In this document: positions 1 to 14,008 of the stretch, one piece after another
Numbering within the stretch: the first letter of the stretch is position 1
Layout of the letters: each line of letters begins with the position of its first letter
Assembly: GCA_012295275.1 (NCBI GenBank)
Contig: CM022672.1
Location: 27,838,001 to 27,902,000 of the forward strand
Source: Chrysomallon squamiferum
Taxonomy: Eukaryota; Animalia; Mollusca
Direction of reading: 5' to 3'
DNA length: 64,000 nt
Translations under genes and position numbers: made by a program
The notes under the pieces: model-generated
Seen by the model: the letters and a program-made list of their open reading frames with translations, nothing else
The model's database searches: none
Told to the model about the DNA's origin: nothing

Positions 1-146
1 GGGAGAGGCAATGGATTCGTCCCCTCGATTTCTGTTGGCCCACAAGGGTGGGTCCATCTCGCAGTGGAGCGTCTTATGATCGGAGAGGAAAATACTGGCA
101 GGACGAAGACAGCAATAGTTGCAATGAGTTTAATGCAGGAGTTCAT
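1..146 (-). CDS. Secreted protein, N-terminal 48 codons only (continues off left edge); candidate Unpaired-like helical cytokine
   Basis: Acceptor ttttcag| at 153, AAAAATG start at 146. Translates MNSCIKLIATIAVFVLPVFSSPIIRRSTARWTHPCGPTEIEGTNPLPL: hydrophobic signal peptide (likely cleavage VFS-SP), dibasic RR, then W-x-H-P-C-G. Missed by the ORF track because it is truncated. The CDS call is more secure than the family assignment. Confidence 0.7.
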   Translation of the reverse strand, partial: MNSCIKLIATIAVFVLPVFSSPIIRRSTARWTHPCGPTEIEGTNPLPL

Positions 147-1487
147 TTTTAGTCTGAAAAAAGAAGAAGAAGAAAAAAGTAATAATAATAATAATAATAA
201 TAATTTGCATTTCCCATTAGATTTATTGTTTGTATTTTGTCTGCCTGTACAATGATAAGATCTCAATCAATGTAACCATGGACTGAATTTTTTAAAAGTA
301 TGAGGTAAATGAAGGACATCATATGATTAGGAGAGAAATAAAAATAATACAAAATAAAAAAATTATATATAAAAATAATAATAACAATAATAATAACAAA
401 ATAAAAAAACTTTAAATAAAATAAATAAATAAAAGAAGAAAAAGAATGTTACTACTAGTCAATAAAATTTAACGATTACATTAGTGAATATTTCGTTTAA
501 AAAAAAGAAAAATATAAGAATAACTTCAAATAATCAAATATAATTAATTCATTAATAATAATAATAATAATAATTACGAATTCGAAACGTCATCTCATAG
601 TGCTAATGAGAAACTGAATGATAAATGTATCAAAGATTAAATAATTATATATTTATTATTATTATTATTATTATTATTGATCTACATGATAAATTGCCCA
701 TTGCAATAAATAAATAAATAAATAAATAATATGAATTAGGCTTTTACCTACGCAAAGAAATTCACTATATATGTCTTAATAGTTAATATGTACAAAGTTA
801 AACTGTTTGGAGTTTTCTTTTTCTTTCTATTTATATAGAAAAATCAGGGGAAGTCTATTTTTATAAATGGAATAAGTAGTGAAAGAAACCAAAATTATCC
901 AACGGAAGGGGTGCCCCCACTTTATGACCAATTGTAACAGTGCACAACCGGACTAAAAGTTTCTGTAGTGAAAGGATTTGGGGTTTTCAGCTTTGGACTA
1001 TGACTAACTTAAGGTTATTTCATACAGCCCGTTATGTCGGAAACGAGGCACGTCGGGATATACCATGACACATAGTTACGTCTGCTCTTGGTTTCATGTT
1101 TACCAAGTTTTTTCGGGAACACAAAAGTCAAATTAATTTCTATGTTTCGTTTAGGATGTTAACAAGGAATTGATATTTATCATCAAGAAATCTGTTTGTA
1201 ACTTTAACTTTCTGGATATGTGGATACTGATTAAAATATATATATACAAATTTCTTCGTTTTATTCGAAATGAGATAAGGAAGTATTCAATACAGTTTAG
1301 AGATAAGTTAGGTTAAATAGGTCACGAAGTTACTTTCGGCTATTTTCGGAACGTTACCGCAAAACTGAAAGTTTAATGCAAATACATTACAGTCGTCTTA
1401 TTCCTATTGGTCCCTACTTTTTTTACTTTTTTGCTTTCCTTGTCATTTTTTCCTCTCAATATTATATTTTCTTCTTACTAGTCTTTT

Positions 1488-1550
<63 letters not shown>

Positions 1551-1626
1551 TTAGTTTTTTACAATATTGATGTTATCTTTTACTTTAAAGGGATAAATGT
1601 TGTATACCAAACGTAATAAATGTACA

Positions 1627-1684
<58 letters not shown>

Positions 1685-1798
1685 CAACATAAAATAAATA
1701 ATAAAAATTAAGTAGTCTGATAGTTTCCTTAATTTTTTCTGAATGATGAAATTATTACATAATTAATATTTATTTATTTATTTATTTATTTTTTAAAT

Positions 1799-1870
<72 letters not shown>

Positions 1871-2033
1871 CCACTAACGGCGACTATAACATGAACATTA
1901 CAAGACTATTCGGACGAAATACATGATATATAAGTTTGATGTACCCAGCAAAAATGATTTTTTTTTTTTTTTTAAATGTATATTAATAGGCATACTTAAG
2001 TAATAATGCACAAAACACACACACGATCCAAAA

Positions 2034-2064
<31 letters not shown>

Positions 2065-2224
2065 ATGAAGAGATAGAAATAATAAAATAAAACAAAACAA
2101 AATAAATAAATAATAAAAAATAATTATATGTAATTTAATAAAGTATACTTAAATACATACATAAATGCATACGAACGTACATACATGTACATTATACAAA
2201 TATACACATACACATATAGAATAA

Positions 2225-2307
2225 ATACTTACCTTTAGATTCTCGGTTGCTCTAGATTAAATTTTTCAAACGATATCTTCCTATTAATCAACGAAGGTCT
2301 TTTTATA
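2225..2307 (-). promoter_or_regulatory. Candidate TATA box and short non-coding first exon of the left-edge gene
   Basis: Minus strand: TATAAAA at 2307-2301 and consensus donor AAG|GTAAGT at 2233/2232. Splicing to the acceptor at 153 puts an in-frame TAA just before ATG146. Alternative candidate exon: TCAGT initiator at ~1228 to donor TTG|GTAAAC at 1104. No transcript evidence. Confidence 0.3.
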
Positions 2308-4084
2308 TTCCTTAAACGCGTGGGTTTTTCTATTTTTGTGCTAAGAAAATCCAAGCTTCGTTCCATTTTTAAATCTGGTGGTGATTTTGTGTAACAGTTT
2401 CAGTTTTAATTTGAAAGTCATCTCGCAGTTTTGTATGATGGGCATTTCTTATCTTCATTTATGAAGAGTTACTGTTGCTTTCTGCTTGCCTTTCTGTTTG
2501 ATTAGTAAAAATTGTTTATCACATAACACACATACACACACAGACAAACATGTATAAACAATATAATTATAATTGTATTTGTGTATATATACATATATTT
2601 ATTATTATTTTGTTTATATTATTATGATAATTTTATTTATTGGTGTCTTCATTCATAAATTGATTGATTGATTCATTCGTTCATTTATTAATTTATTCAC
2701 GCATATAACTAATGGAATTTTTATTCTAAACTAGACAGATAAAAAATATTTTCCTAAAATAAATTACAAAGTCAATCTGTTATTACTTCCCCCCCCCATA
2801 TGGATAAGCATGTGCGTGATATAACCATTCGCGCCATGTTTTCTCACTCTCATATTTTAGCTAGTTTTTAGTGATTCATTCTTGATTTTTTCATTTTTTC
2901 GCTCATTTTATTCTTTCAGTTCTCCATATTTCAGTCATATCTATAAATGGTTCACATAACCTTACATCCGTATTTACCTTTATCATTGTCTTATTTTTGA
3001 AAAAGGTAATGTTTACGGATATAAAATATTATTTTATATGTCAATCCCATTTCCTGCCTATTTCATCATTTTGATAACGTAAGAAGTATATTTTAACGCA
3101 TTATACTTTACTTCGATTAAGCAATAATTGAATTAAAACGATGGATTGAATACTTCGTGTTAATCAGTGCACACTATTATGAAGCATATCCGTAAAGCTG
3201 CGGTAGAAGTTCCCGGCCAGTGGGTTCTTTCCAGAGTTATAGGAAGGTATTAACTCGTTTCTAGGATCGACCCCACACAGTTAATTTGCAGTTCCAACCA
3301 ATAGCCCTCACTTGGCATAAGTAGCCGAGCTAAGCACATTTAGATGTATGAGAAGATGCACACAGGAGATTTTAAATAAAATTTTACCTAATATTTGATC
3401 TCCGTTAATTGCGACTACAAGGTAGAGTCTATTTAAATAGAGATATAAGTAGAATAAATATGTGGTTAAAATTATATTGCCGACCAAATTTAAGACTGAT
3501 TTCTTTGCGCGGATTTAACAACTTACCTGTCAGCTTTAGTAATTAATTTTTAACTATAATAATAATAATAATAATATAATTTGTCGTTCTAACCAGCACC
3601 TTTTTAGTTTCTAGATACAATACCTTGATTTTTTATGTCGCAATAATTTTATTTGACTTTTGAATTATCAACCTTAATTTATTTTCATCATTTAACAGAA
3701 ATTTAATTTCATCTTTCAAAAACTCAGTTTAAATTTGTAAATATCTTTATGTTGATTTAACAATAGTTTCATTTGATCTTCTTATGTGAGCTTTAATTTG
3801 TAAATATCACAGATTAATTTATTTACATGATTTAACAATAATATAATCTGATATTTATGGCTGACAACTTTATATATCTGATGGTTTTTACCTTTACAAA
3901 GCTTTACTTGTTCACATTAATAAACATAATTTAATTTGGCTTTTCTGTTAATTTTCGTATGTATATTTAATACCGTCATTTGCATGTGTTGATTTAACAA
4001 TTATATTACATAAATAAAATTTAATGTGCAGCCTGCTGGGCATATATTTGTATGCAGTAGGTATAATTCTCCATTACGTGTATA

Positions 4085-4200
<116 letters not shown>

Positions 4201-4395
4201 CATAAATCAAAAAATGTAGTGGGACACATACACACATATATGAAACGGACCCTCACATACATAATGTTTACATGTTTGTGTGTGTGCTAATTAGGTATAC
4301 CTTTCATTTATTTATCGTAGTAGTATTATAAAAATATATGTAACTGATAATTAAGTGTTAATTAGTTAAAGTAATGATTCAAAGGTATAATTAAC

Positions 4396-4427
<32 letters not shown>

Positions 4428-5635
4428 GGTAATTGATAATGAATTACTAATTCCTTTACTTCATTATCTTAAATAAAAAAATAATAAAAAGATAAATAAA
4501 ATTAAATTAAAATTAAAATATGATAATAATTGAATATTGTTTTAAACATTAATAACGTTTTAATATTATATATGAACAAATATACATACATGGATATTCA
4601 AGCAGATACACATATAGCAACTCGCACATAATTAGAAACATACACCTACACATAGACGTACATACATACATACAAATACACACACACACACCTACACACA
4701 CACACACACATTCACACGTCGACTTTTGAATCATAAAACACAAAGGTGGTTTCTTATTTAAAAGCCGGTTTCAAATTTGTTTTCCTTTTGTTTGTTTTTC
4801 TTTGGGTTTCCTTGTTAAATTTCCTTTATAAAATTTCCTTTCCAATATAATTTATGGTCCGAAAATTTTATTTTTCTCCAAAAAGAAAGAGCAAATGTAA
4901 TAATCTAGGAAGAAATGGGTGGTCGGATGTCGGGCGGAAAACATGTATAAAATGATTATTCATTTTATTACTGTTCATTAAGTTACCATTTTCTAACAAC
5001 AACAACACCAAAAGAAAAAATAAATCAATAAAAGAGATCAATATATAATTAAAATAAAATAAAATAGCAATAAATAAATAACATACAACATGGATACTCG
5101 AACAATATGAATCTCGAAAAAAAAAAAAAAAAAAAAAAAATATATTAATAATAATAATAATAATAAATAAAATAAAATAAAATAAATATAAAAAATAAAA
5201 AAATAAAACAGATCATTAGTTGTAGTATTGCTAGTATTAGCGAACTAACTAATGGAGTAAAGAGAAAATAGAATACAAACCAAAAGGCCAGTAATTATAT
5301 GAATGAATGAATGAATAAAATCTAATAATAACAACCACATTAACTGATATCAAATCAATTCTCGATTAACATATTTTATAAATGAATATATACATGCGTG
5401 CGAGCGTGTCTTTTTAGGAATTCATTTTATTTCATAAATGCATAAATGCGCTAGTACACGAGCTCAGAATTCTTCATTGTTATTACTTCATAGAGGTCGA
5501 AATCCGATTTAAATAAATATACCAACGTCACCCTCCCACAGCAATGTACTCTAACATTTAAATCACCTACTGACCTAGATGAAAGCCATTCTTTCTGCTT
5601 TACTGTAGTCTGCTGGTCAACTATTTTTAGCAGAC

Positions 5636-5646
5636 GGGGATTCCCC
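5636..5646. promoter_or_regulatory. NF-kB/Rel consensus site
   Basis: GGGGATTCCCC, a canonical 11-bp kappaB motif in very AT-rich DNA. Confidence 0.55.
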
Positions 5647-5862
5647 GGTAAGATGTGTTATAAACCATTATTACAGCTAAATTCTTCGTTTAATTTATAG
5701 TCATTATTTCTTGTTTCTGTCACAAAATAAAAAGACAAAGTCAATCGGGTATTGTTATAGTTAAATCGTCGGCGTCATCATCATCAGCAGCTATATTACT
5801 ATTGTTGTTGTTGTTATTGGTTAAAAAAGTAGAAAAACAATACTCCAATTAATGCTGCCTCT

Positions 5863-5863
5863 G

Positions 5864-5929
<66 letters not shown>

Positions 5930-5964
5930 ATAATAATAATAAGAAGAAGAAGAAGAAGAAGAAG
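5863..5964. repeat. Compound (CTA)n-(AAT)n-(AAG)n microsatellite
   Basis: Directly visible; yields spurious poly-L/I/R ORF. Confidence 0.95.
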
Positions 5965-6227
5965 ACGAATAAACATAGCTATTATTTCAATATATATATA
6001 TATATATATATATAAAACCGAGTCGTTTCATATTATTTCAATATATATATATATATAAAAACCGAGTTGTTTCATATTCGCGAAAAGTGTAACAATTATT
6101 GTCGTTTCGTGACTGACAATGTGCAATAGTTTCAGAACCTAGTAATTGGGATGGGCCTGGGTACAACTGTCTCTTTGACAACAGCGCTCTTTTTCGGCAA
6201 TAAGCCCAGCAACCGTAAAGAAACGTA

Positions 6228-6235
6228 TGACGTCA
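6228..6235. promoter_or_regulatory. CRE (CREB/ATF) palindrome
   Basis: TGACGTCA exact match. Confidence 0.4.
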
Positions 6236-6673
6236 AAAGGGACCAATTTAAGTTAATTTTAGCTACATGTGTAACGTTGAAAAAGATAGTTTTACTAATA
6301 CACGTATAACAGAATAAAACACATAGTAACTATTCCTATGACAACAGGGATTGCCTTTTTCTAATAATAGCTATGATATGATAAAAATTATTTTTAGATA
6401 TTATCTGAAAGGAATAAAAATAATCTTCGATCTAGTATTTATTTATTTTATTGTCATTATTTTTATTTTTAAAAATTTATTTATTTATTTATCACCTTCA
6501 AAAAAAAAAAAAAAATGTTTTTATTTTATTATTATTCTTACTATAATTATATATAGTTTTTAATTATTAATTTATATCAAAATCATCGTCGAAATTTTTT
6601 GGCAAAACTAACATATTTGTATGAAGAGAAGTGAGTAAAATCGGATATGATAAAATTGTAAGATAACAGGTTT

Positions 6674-6682
6674 TTCCAGGAA
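6674..6682. promoter_or_regulatory. STAT (GAS) site
   Basis: TTCCAGGAA, matches TTCCNGGAA. Confidence 0.4.
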
Positions 6683-7769
6683 AAGCATAGGAAAGCTTTA
6701 GGAAATTTTCATATAAACCTCTAAATTAATCTTGGTTCAACTAACGCAATCGATTGTGTTAACTGAGTTCGTCAGCTTTACAAGATGAGAAGCGGTTAGT
6801 TTTGTATTTTTACTGATTATTTATTTTAAATAGACTGCTAATGTGGAAACATTTTATCCATGACTGATAGAATGTCTGTCCAGATGTGTGTGTGGGGTGG
6901 GTGGGTGTGTATCTGTTTATGAGTGTGTTTATGAGTGTGTTTATTTCCATTAAGTAATATTCGAAGCATACAACACCGGCCAGATAGTAAGCGGAACATA
7001 ATGTTCTGATAAGCTAAACATTATGTACATACAACAGCCATTTCACATAAAACTTTTATAGTTTTTCACTTACTCTATAGCGTTCAGTGCACGAACTTTT
7101 TAGTAACTTATCCAATGTACAGCTAGTAAGACTATATTTATGGGTTTATATATAACAGTGATTTTACTAATATACGTGTACGTACAACTGTGTATGTGTT
7201 AATGAAAATATTCGAATATTCGAGAAAACTGTATCACTTCTTACTTCAATATAAGTAAAATTGACTCCACGTGGTTGAGTTTCTTCATAATTCTGTAGTG
7301 TCCTAAAGGTAAGTATATTGAGATAAGTACATTATGGGTGAGACGACTGAAAATATAATTGTTTATACATTCTTCTGTGACGCTTTCGGTAGTAAATCAG
7401 TTTTTCTCTCAACATCTTTTTAAGTAAAAATGTATTGTTAATGCTAATTTGTAAATATCTTTTACGGATTCATACTCCAAACTCTGTTTTTCCCGGTTCG
7501 TGTCTTTGCCCCACCCCGCGCGGCTCTGTATTGTCGTTGTTTGTCTGGCCCGTCCGAAACCTGCGAACCGAGATTACAAAATACGTTTCTTTTCACTGAA
7601 TCTAAGCTTGCAATGGTCACGTGACGTTGTATGTAAAAGAGAGGAGATTTGTAAATGTATATATACACCTATGAGTATATGTGTCATGAACTTATCTATA
7701 GCCCCAAACTGTCCCACTTTCATTAGATGAAATTATTTTTCACTTTCATCTTCGACAGTATTCGAATGG

Positions 7770-7898
7770 TTCCGTGAAATTAGTGACCTAAGACAAATTC
7801 CTGCCTTCAGCAAGATATAGCTTTACGGAAAATAGTTATTAACGATGGAATGCATAGCTGTGTCATTTAATCTTATAGATATATTAGTTTTCCGGGAA
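7770..7898. promoter_or_regulatory. Cluster of three STAT (GAS)-type sites
   Basis: TTCCGTGAA 7770-7778, TTTACGGAA 7822-7830, TTCCGGGAA 7890-7898. Confidence 0.5.
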
Positions 7899-8037
7899 AA
7901 CTACGAATTTTCACTAAACCTGTATTAAAGTGTCTATAGCTTTACATCTACATGTTTGAAGACTTTTCGAAAATTGCTTAACAACAAAACCGAAACACAA
8001 ACTGAAACTAAATTTGAAATAAAGTAAGAATATAAAA

Positions 8038-8196
<159 letters not shown>

Positions 8197-9019
8197 TGCA
8201 TCCCTGTATCGTTAGAAAAATATTGGCTTTAATTTGTGTTGATATGTTATAACAGGCCATTTAAGAAGCATTATATATAATTATGAATATTCTTTAATGC
8301 TTGAAAAATGATATGATGTATCTCAAGGTTTTCGTTTTGTTAAATATCTGAACGAGACTGGGTATATATGTTGAACAAACCATTCTCTATTTGCTCTCAT
8401 TCCTTTCAGTTTTTTTCTTGTTTAATTTCCAAACACACGCTTATATTTTTATTTTTTAATTAGCTTATTTTTTTTATTTCGTTTCTTTTTTTTATTTTTT
8501 ATTTATTTATCAAACGCCCATCCATTGATTTCCAAATATGAACGTGCAGTCGACGCGCTAGTCGGTGATGGTGTGTCGACATATGTCAATACATCACGAA
8601 AATTACGAAAATTAATTTTTCTCTCTGTTCTTGTGGTCAGCTGAGTAACAGCCACAACTTGAAAATGGGATGGATTTGACCATCCCGTGCTTCCTGTTTT
8701 TCAAAACAGCAAAGAGGTTTTTTAGTTCCGGTCAGTAGTGTTCTATTAATAACTGGCATACAGAAAATATTTATTCAGTAATAATGATAATAATAATAAT
8801 AATAATAATAAATAATAATAATAATAATAATAATAAATCATATCAAATAAAAAAAATCAAATATAAAAAAAGATTCGTCTGGCTTAAATAGAAACTCTTG
8901 TTAGCGACATGTGTGTCTGCAATCATAACATTTTTTTACTTGGAACAACAAAAACTATAATAAAATAATATTATTTAGTCTCAACAACCAATTTTACACG
9001 CACATATGCACAGGCAGAG

Positions 9020-9023
<4 letters not shown>

Positions 9024-9102
<79 letters not shown>
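9024..9102. repeat. (AG)n microsatellite
   Basis: Directly visible. Confidence 0.97.
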
Positions 9103-9105
<3 letters not shown>

Positions 9106-11255
9106 TAATCTGCATCCAAATATAAAACGTTGACGATATTTTGTCCTAATAACTACATTTAACATAATTATAATTTTCGTTTCTTGAATGGTTTGACCAT
9201 AACTTATCCTAATACATGTTTTTAACACAGTATATACATATACGTTTGTTGTTATTGTTGCTAATTTAACTGGTCGTTTTTCTATAACAGGAGATTTTAT
9301 ATATATATATGTATGTATATATATGTATATACATTTCTATATATGTATATACTATTATTATTATTATTATTATTATAATTATTATTATTATTATTAGTGC
9401 AGCGGCTATAAAAGTTGTTGTTGTTATTATTATTAAATAATATTCTTGTTTCTATGTAATACATAACCTTTAGATAACCGAAAGGAATATTTTATAACAT
9501 TTCCCTCATTTCATTTTCTCTCATGACTTTATTTTATTATTATCTAATTTTATTATTTTACACTTGGAATGTTTGTGTCGAATTAGTAGATTATTAATAA
9601 CATCATATCTTTGGATGTAGTATAAAGAAATGAAACTCTTAGTTTCGTTTCATAATTAGACGTCGAATTTTATAAAACTGAATAATGTAAATATTCCAAA
9701 GCAACGCGTCTCGCGCCAGAAAGGTTAAAAATAGCTAGACATTTCGAGCACCTGAAAACCGCAGTGACCAATAACGAAACGATAAATAACTGAAATACTT
9801 CTTTCTTGTTCAGTTATAGGTATACAAATATAGAATGAAGTATTGTTTGGCTAAGACATGACGGCTGAGGGTTCGACACACCGCGGACTATTTTCCGTAT
9901 AGCTATAACGTGCCGTGTCTGGTTTATTCGAGGTCGCAGTTTTTGAACTGTAGACAGGTGCAGTTTAAACGTATCATACTAACCTAATGAGCGCTAATAG
10001 CAATTTTCCTTTCTTGTGATTAAAAGAAACTCACAAACTTGACATATAACCAGTGATAATAAAATGTATCAACCATCATAGAGATATTTTACACGTTTTT
10101 ATTAATTTACATTGCATATTCACAGAACTGCCAGCAAGATCTAGAAACGTACAGGAATCTTAAAATGGACTCGTATAACAGAAATCACCGATTTAAGCGC
10201 CCATCTCTCTATCTCTCTCTCTCTCTCTCTGACACACACACACATACACACAGTACAGATAAATCATTTTATGTCGATAAAAGTTTGGTTTCGTGATACA
10301 ACAAATTAATCAAGTTTTAAACTGATTTGTTTCACGTTCTAGCACATTATTAAGAGTCGACAGGCTTAATTTTGTTGAATTTAATTATTTTCTCAACATT
10401 CAAAAGATCACTAAAATCGTAATATTATGAAGAATTTGTTAAAAAAAAAAAAAGGAATTATAATTAAGTAAAAAAAAAGAAGAAGAAGAAAAAAGAAACC
10501 TATTAAACTATTTTTCACACGTCATACATTTTCTCTTTATATGTGTATACATACATACATACATACATACACACATATTGTACCAATTAAATTATCTCAT
10601 CGCCTCTGAACTATGGGTGACTCATAAGCAACGTGTGTAAATACGAAATGACCACTGAAATACTATTCTGTTAAAGAACAGGTGAAAAATACTTTGAATG
10701 CATTAAATCCTTGGAAACCTTTTTTTTAAATAATTCCCCCCCCCCCCATAAATCAATACATATTTATCATCATGTTTCGCAGCCCTGGAGATAAAGTTAT
10801 TTATTTAGTAGTAATCTTGCATCTTTTATTGAATATTTTGTGACGATTTCTTGTTCTGCTGCTAATACAAGTATTAAAAGTTTGTTAAATTAACCAATGT
10901 CTTCTATTCGTCATGGTGAAACTTGGTGTTCATCGCGTTAATTCCTCATTTTTAAAAGATCATAATTACACTAGTAAAATATGGAAACAAAATCATCGTG
11001 AAAAACTACAACAATTAAACTGAAACACGAAATGTGAAAAGAAAACTGGCAGAAGGTACAAAAATAAATAAATAAAAATATAAATAAAAAATCTGAATAA
11101 GAAAGAAACAATATAATGGTTTCAATTAATTTATTTATTATCTCCCTTGTTACGAATTCTTGTCTGAATAATAACAGTAAAAAATGTATCAAAGTGTATC
11201 GGTGCACTGGACTTCGGTTTTACGTGTCACATATGATTTCATTTTTTTATTTTAA

Positions 11256-14008
11256 ATGCCACTGAAAAAAGTTCCGAAAGTCTTATCCCCTGATCTGCTT
11301 CATGTACTTAGTTCAATGGGTCATGGGGATGAGATAGGTTAGTGTTAAGGTTAAACCTAATATACCTTTATTAATAAGTGGGTGGATGTCATGATATAAA
11401 TTATAATCATATAATCATATAATGATATATCGATGTCGTACGAGTTTATTTTATGTTCTCTCGGACCTAATAATTATAATAACACTGAAATCTTCTTCCC
11501 GTACCAATGCGATAAATTACAAATTATGTGTTATTGTTTCATGACTAACTATGTGGATAATTTATCTTGTAATCAATTTGCAGTCTTTTTCTTTTCTTTT
11601 CTTATCACTTTTAATTGTGGATTTTTGACCAGAAGATTTAACAATGGAGTTGCATTCTTACTCTCTTTCTCTCTGCCTCTCTTTCCTATACAACTACAGC
11701 ATTACAATGTACTTTTCACTTTAATTTAAAGTTTTTAATATAAATTTATTTATTTTTAGTTTTAGCAGATACACATTTTCCAACATCATCTGTCTGTCAA
11801 AATGGACCTAAAGAAGTTCGTGCGGATGGTATTTATTAACTGTAACAGTGATTTTGTATTGAGAATGTGCATTCGTTTAATGAACTTAACAACAGCAAAA
11901 ATAATTATGTTTCAGTATTATCAGGGGTTTTTGTTTTCTTCCAAAACAAATGATTTCACATCATTTGTAATGTTTTTTAAGTTGTCTTCTTTTTGGTGGG
12001 TTTTTCAAATTTTTAAAGTTTTTTTATTTATTAGATTTTTTTTGGATTTTTTTAAAGTATTGTCAGTGATATGTATTGACACCACATTTAAAATAAAATC
12101 CTTATTATTAATTAAGGTTAAATATTTGTCCTATATGACACGTATTTTCATTTCATCATTACAGAAAAAGTAAATTAATGATTTTTAAAATGAGTAAAAC
12201 TTACATTAACATTTCAGGACTTGACATTCCTACTTTACTTAAAGCAATTATGAAATTACTGCCTCTTGATCAGTATGTACAAACACCAGTAAGTTCTTAA
12301 AAATACCTTTATTTTGAGTATTGTTTAAAATAAGTCTTCATGTCCTCATATATTTCAAATAATATCTGATTATAACTGCTTCAGAAATACATTTGATTTA
12401 CACCAAATACACAAGTCTTAAAAGAATTTTCTTTTTTTTTATTTAATATGCAGTCTGTTCATGAGTCTGCCTTTTAAAATTTCACAATCTCACAACAATT
12501 ATTTAACACACTCATATATTTAATATACAGTGTGTTTTTATCTTGTCAAATTTAATAAAATCTGCAGCAGTTATTTCTCACATTCATTTATTTAATATAC
12601 AGTTTCTTTAGGAGTGTATGTCTTGTCATATTTAACAGTTATTTTACATCAAGGCTCTACATTTGTTTGAAAACATTTTAATACAGTACCTTATTTTTGT
12701 TTTTTTTACAATGAAAATCATTTCCATACATACTTAATTTATAATAATTTTAAAAGATTTACCAAACAGTAATTTACATATTCAAACGGCATAAATCATG
12801 TAAGAGTTTATGGTTTGTAATAAATATTAAAAAAAATTCAAAGCAGTAATTTGAACTTTTATGACAAGTCTAAGTTTCCTATGAAGGGGTTACACATTAC
12901 ACACAGAACAGTTTAGTCAGTAGGAGCAAACCTATTGGTATGTTCAGCATCTAAAACTGTTAGAATAAAAATCTATAGATATGTTATAAAAATTCCTTCC
13001 TTCATTTACACATTTATTTATGCATTAATCAGAGGTGAATCTAACAGAGCACATATTTGGTGTTAAATTCTTTTTTTCTCTTTTTGTTTTCATTAGGTTG
13101 CAGTCATGGAGTTAGTACCTTCAGATAAAGCAAAAAACTTCCCTACACCAGTTTTGGATACATATCAGCAGATCATAGACGAAGCTGAAGGAAAAAAAGT
13201 GAATTGATATTTTTTCTCTCTCTCTCTCATATTTTGTAATAATATATAGTAAGAAATATAATTGGAGACAGTTTCTGAAATGTGTGAATAGTGAACTGTG
13301 TGTATTTTTGTTTTTTCTTTAATAAAAATCTGCATGCTTTGTGTGCATTACTAATTTGGGTAAAAATCAATTGTAACAAACATGTTAAAACTGAATAAAC
13401 ATGTTCTTCACTACTATATAAAAATAATTTTTATAATTTATTTTTCAGATCCAGTTTGACAAAGTGGAAAGGTTTAAATTTTATGATCGTGCTAAACAAG
13501 CTTTTGCTGTTGTGCATACAGGGTAAGGTGATCCTTACTAAAAGGGAAATTACTATAATTTGTTGGTTTTTGTTTTTGGTAGTGTTTTTTTTATAATGAA
13601 AGGTATTTTTATGTTACAGAACATTTTTTCATTAATTTTTGAAGTCATAAATTAATAGCAAAAATACTGTGTTAGTAATTCTAAAATTGATAATAATGAT
13701 AATAATAAACAGTAATAAAATATCAAAGAAAAAAAAATTAAAATACTAAATATTTTTCAGAATTAAATTAACTAAGTAAACCAAATGTTAAAATGTATTA
13801 CAATTAATTCTGCATTTGTTTAAATAACAATATGTCAGGAAAACAAAATTTATAAAGTGGCACATAATAAGATCTTTGTTAATTCGTGGAAATTATTTTG
13901 TAAAATTTAGAAAAACCTGAAAATGTTTTTTATTTTTTTTATTTTAGGGAAACTGCTCAATATGGTAACATAATTCTGAAGAAAGGAATCTGCACTGAAT
14001 TAGATTAG
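11256..14008 (+). CDS. FUOM: Fucose mutarotase (RbsD/FucU family), 6 exons, 152 aa
   Basis: Exons 11256-11337, 11760-11828, 12218-12288, 13097-13198, 13449-13522, 13948-14008; all GT-AG and phase-consistent. Peptides [80 protein letters not shown] match FUOM motifs. Confidence 0.96.

Noticed and set aside
64-255. Plus-strand 63-aa ORF (GTG start)
   Set aside because: Antisense shadow of the minus-strand signal-peptide exon running into GAA/AAT microsatellites.
11802-12173. 123-aa plus-strand ORF
   Set aside because: Out of frame with FUOM exon 2 and continues through T-rich intron.
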